A stretch of 64,000 bases of DNA, from NCBI RefSeq assembly GCF_018977255.1, contig NW_024704743.1:35466001-35530000 (forward strand), written 5' to 3'. Made by a program: the position numbers and the translations under genes. Each line of letters starts with the position of its first letter. The stretch's first letter is position 1. Positions 62,697-64,000 of this stretch are shown here, one piece after another. The notes beneath the pieces were generated by a model. It searched no databases. It was given only the letters and a program-made list of their open reading frames with translations, and had not been told where the DNA came from. The stretch is from Callorhinchus milii (Eukaryota).

Positions 62697-63230
62697 CAGG
62701 TTTGAATCCCAGTCTGTATTGAGTTAGCCAATCTCAGCCAGGCAGCAGTTTTGCTGGTACAATTGGCCTCAGTGCCCCGGGCTAGGGAAGAAGAGAAGTA
62801 GACAAGCTTCCCGGAGCTGATCAATACTCACAGTCCTCTCTCCCCTAATGAACCTTTGTTCATGTGTAGACGACAACAACAAATTGCATTTACACATCAG
62901 GAGGATGTTCCAAAGCGCAAGAGAGTCGAGGGTTTGCACCTATGCCTGGGGTTGGATTTGGGAAGGTGGGGGACTCAGACAACAACTGAGTATAGGGTTG
63001 AGCTCGGCTATGATGCCCTCTATGATCAAATAACCTGCCAGCAATCAATATCAAGGTGAACACATGAACAATGGCCACTTGGGTGAAGGCAACCAACACT
63101 TGTGAAATTTTGTGTCAATAAATGGGAAAAGGAGTCAAAGTGCCTTTAGGAGAGCAGAAGGTATGAGGAGTTGAACTGTAAGATCTACCCACTATATACT
63201 GAAAAATCCCTAGGTTAACAGATTTCAACA
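62697..63230 (+). mobile_element. LF-SINE-like element in the last F13A1 intron, interrupted by an L2 tail (~62872-62985, minus)
   Basis: TGAGTTAGCCAATCTCAGCC, TACAATTGGCCTCAGTGCCCCGGGCTAGGGA, GCTCGGCTATGATGCCCTC and CACATGAACAATGGCCACTTGGG match recalled LF-SINE consensus blocks in order. Confidence 0.75.
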
Positions 63231-63511
63231 CTGTAAGAAAAAAAAATCCCATGCTGGCCAAATAATCATGAGTGGAAAAAGTCTCATATCCTCATTTTTT
63301 GCCCACTTCCANTTTTTTCATCCTCTAGAAAACAAGATGAGATTTTCCTGCCAGCTGGAAGCTCTTCAACAGATCAATAGGTCGTCTCTCACAGGCACAA
63401 GGTGATTCAGTCTAAGGGATGTAGTTAGTGCTGAGATTTCTGCAGCAGTAGCTATCTCATTCCCAGCAGTGACTGTTCAGACCTTGTTTGTTCAGAACTG
63501 ATGGCTCCTAC

Positions 63512-63648
63512 CTGAAAAACTTTATCTTTGGCTTCAACAAGCCCAAGCCCTCGAGGCGCAGAACCACATTCTCCAGATTTTGTTTGAGAGGGTTTGTAAA
63601 TTCAGTCACTAGGTTTACCTCCCTGCCAAACTGTGTCGGTCCTTCGAC
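63512..63648 (-). CDS. F13A1: Coagulation factor XIII A / transglutaminase, penultimate coding exon (VEGPTQFGREVNLVTEFTNPLKQNLENVVLRLEGLGLLKPKIKFF)
   Basis: Acceptor tctttccag|GTC, donor TTC AG|gtagga, 137 nt. FTNPL..L.NV..L.G.G motif of transglutaminase beta-barrel 2. F13A1 is preferred over other TGMs because of adjacency to NRN1. Confidence 0.88.
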
Positions 63649-64000
63649 CTGGAAAGACATCACAAAGGTAATTCTGGCAAGAATAAATACTGTTAATTCA
63701 AATTTCAATTTGCCTGCAATATTACCATTACACTAAATGTTATGGAGACATTAAATATCGCATAGCATTACTCAAAAACAGAAGGGAGTTTCGCCATGTG
63801 TCCTGGCCCCATGATCATTCACTCCATGGCTGTTGTGGGACATTGCTGTACATAAATTGTCCATCTCATTCATCCACAAACTACACAGTCAGTTTATACT
63901 TTACAAACTACACTTTACAGTATGTCCTTTGAAACACTTTGAGACGTCTTGACGACAAGGTAAGGCGCTACATCAAATTCAAGGCAAATTTGTGGAGTCC

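Noticed and set aside
1..64000. CRISPR arrays, operons or other prokaryote-type systems
   Set aside because: The sequence is eukaryotic with spliced genes; the tandem repeats have no unique spacers.

Overview
Vertebrate genomic DNA. The repeat landscape (CR1 and L2 LINEs, tRNA-derived Deu-type SINEs, LF-SINE-like and Penelope-like remnants) suggests a cartilaginous fish, possibly a chimaera; this is an inference. Two spliced protein-coding genes lie on the minus strand. The first is a complete three-coding-exon neuritin gene (NRN1/CPG15; exons 27382-27436, 24112-24256, 21620-21845; 141 aa). The second is the last two coding exons of a transglutaminase matching coagulation factor XIII A (F13A1; 63512-63648, 61905-62043), in the same order and orientation as in human. 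NRN1 sits in a CpG-retaining domain (~12.4-31 kb) whose ~16 kb core has no recognisable transposon and extends ~6-8 kb past the 3' end. The flanks are dense in decayed retroelements, a decayed hAT transposon, MITEs and unclassified repeats. I found no convincing wholly new gene system. The best leads are regulatory: an AUG-UAG start-stop 1 nt before the NRN1 start, twin perfect CREs, a promoter-like island downstream of NRN1, unclassified repeat families and hammerhead-like Penelope remnants. All homology calls are from recall, not from database searches.
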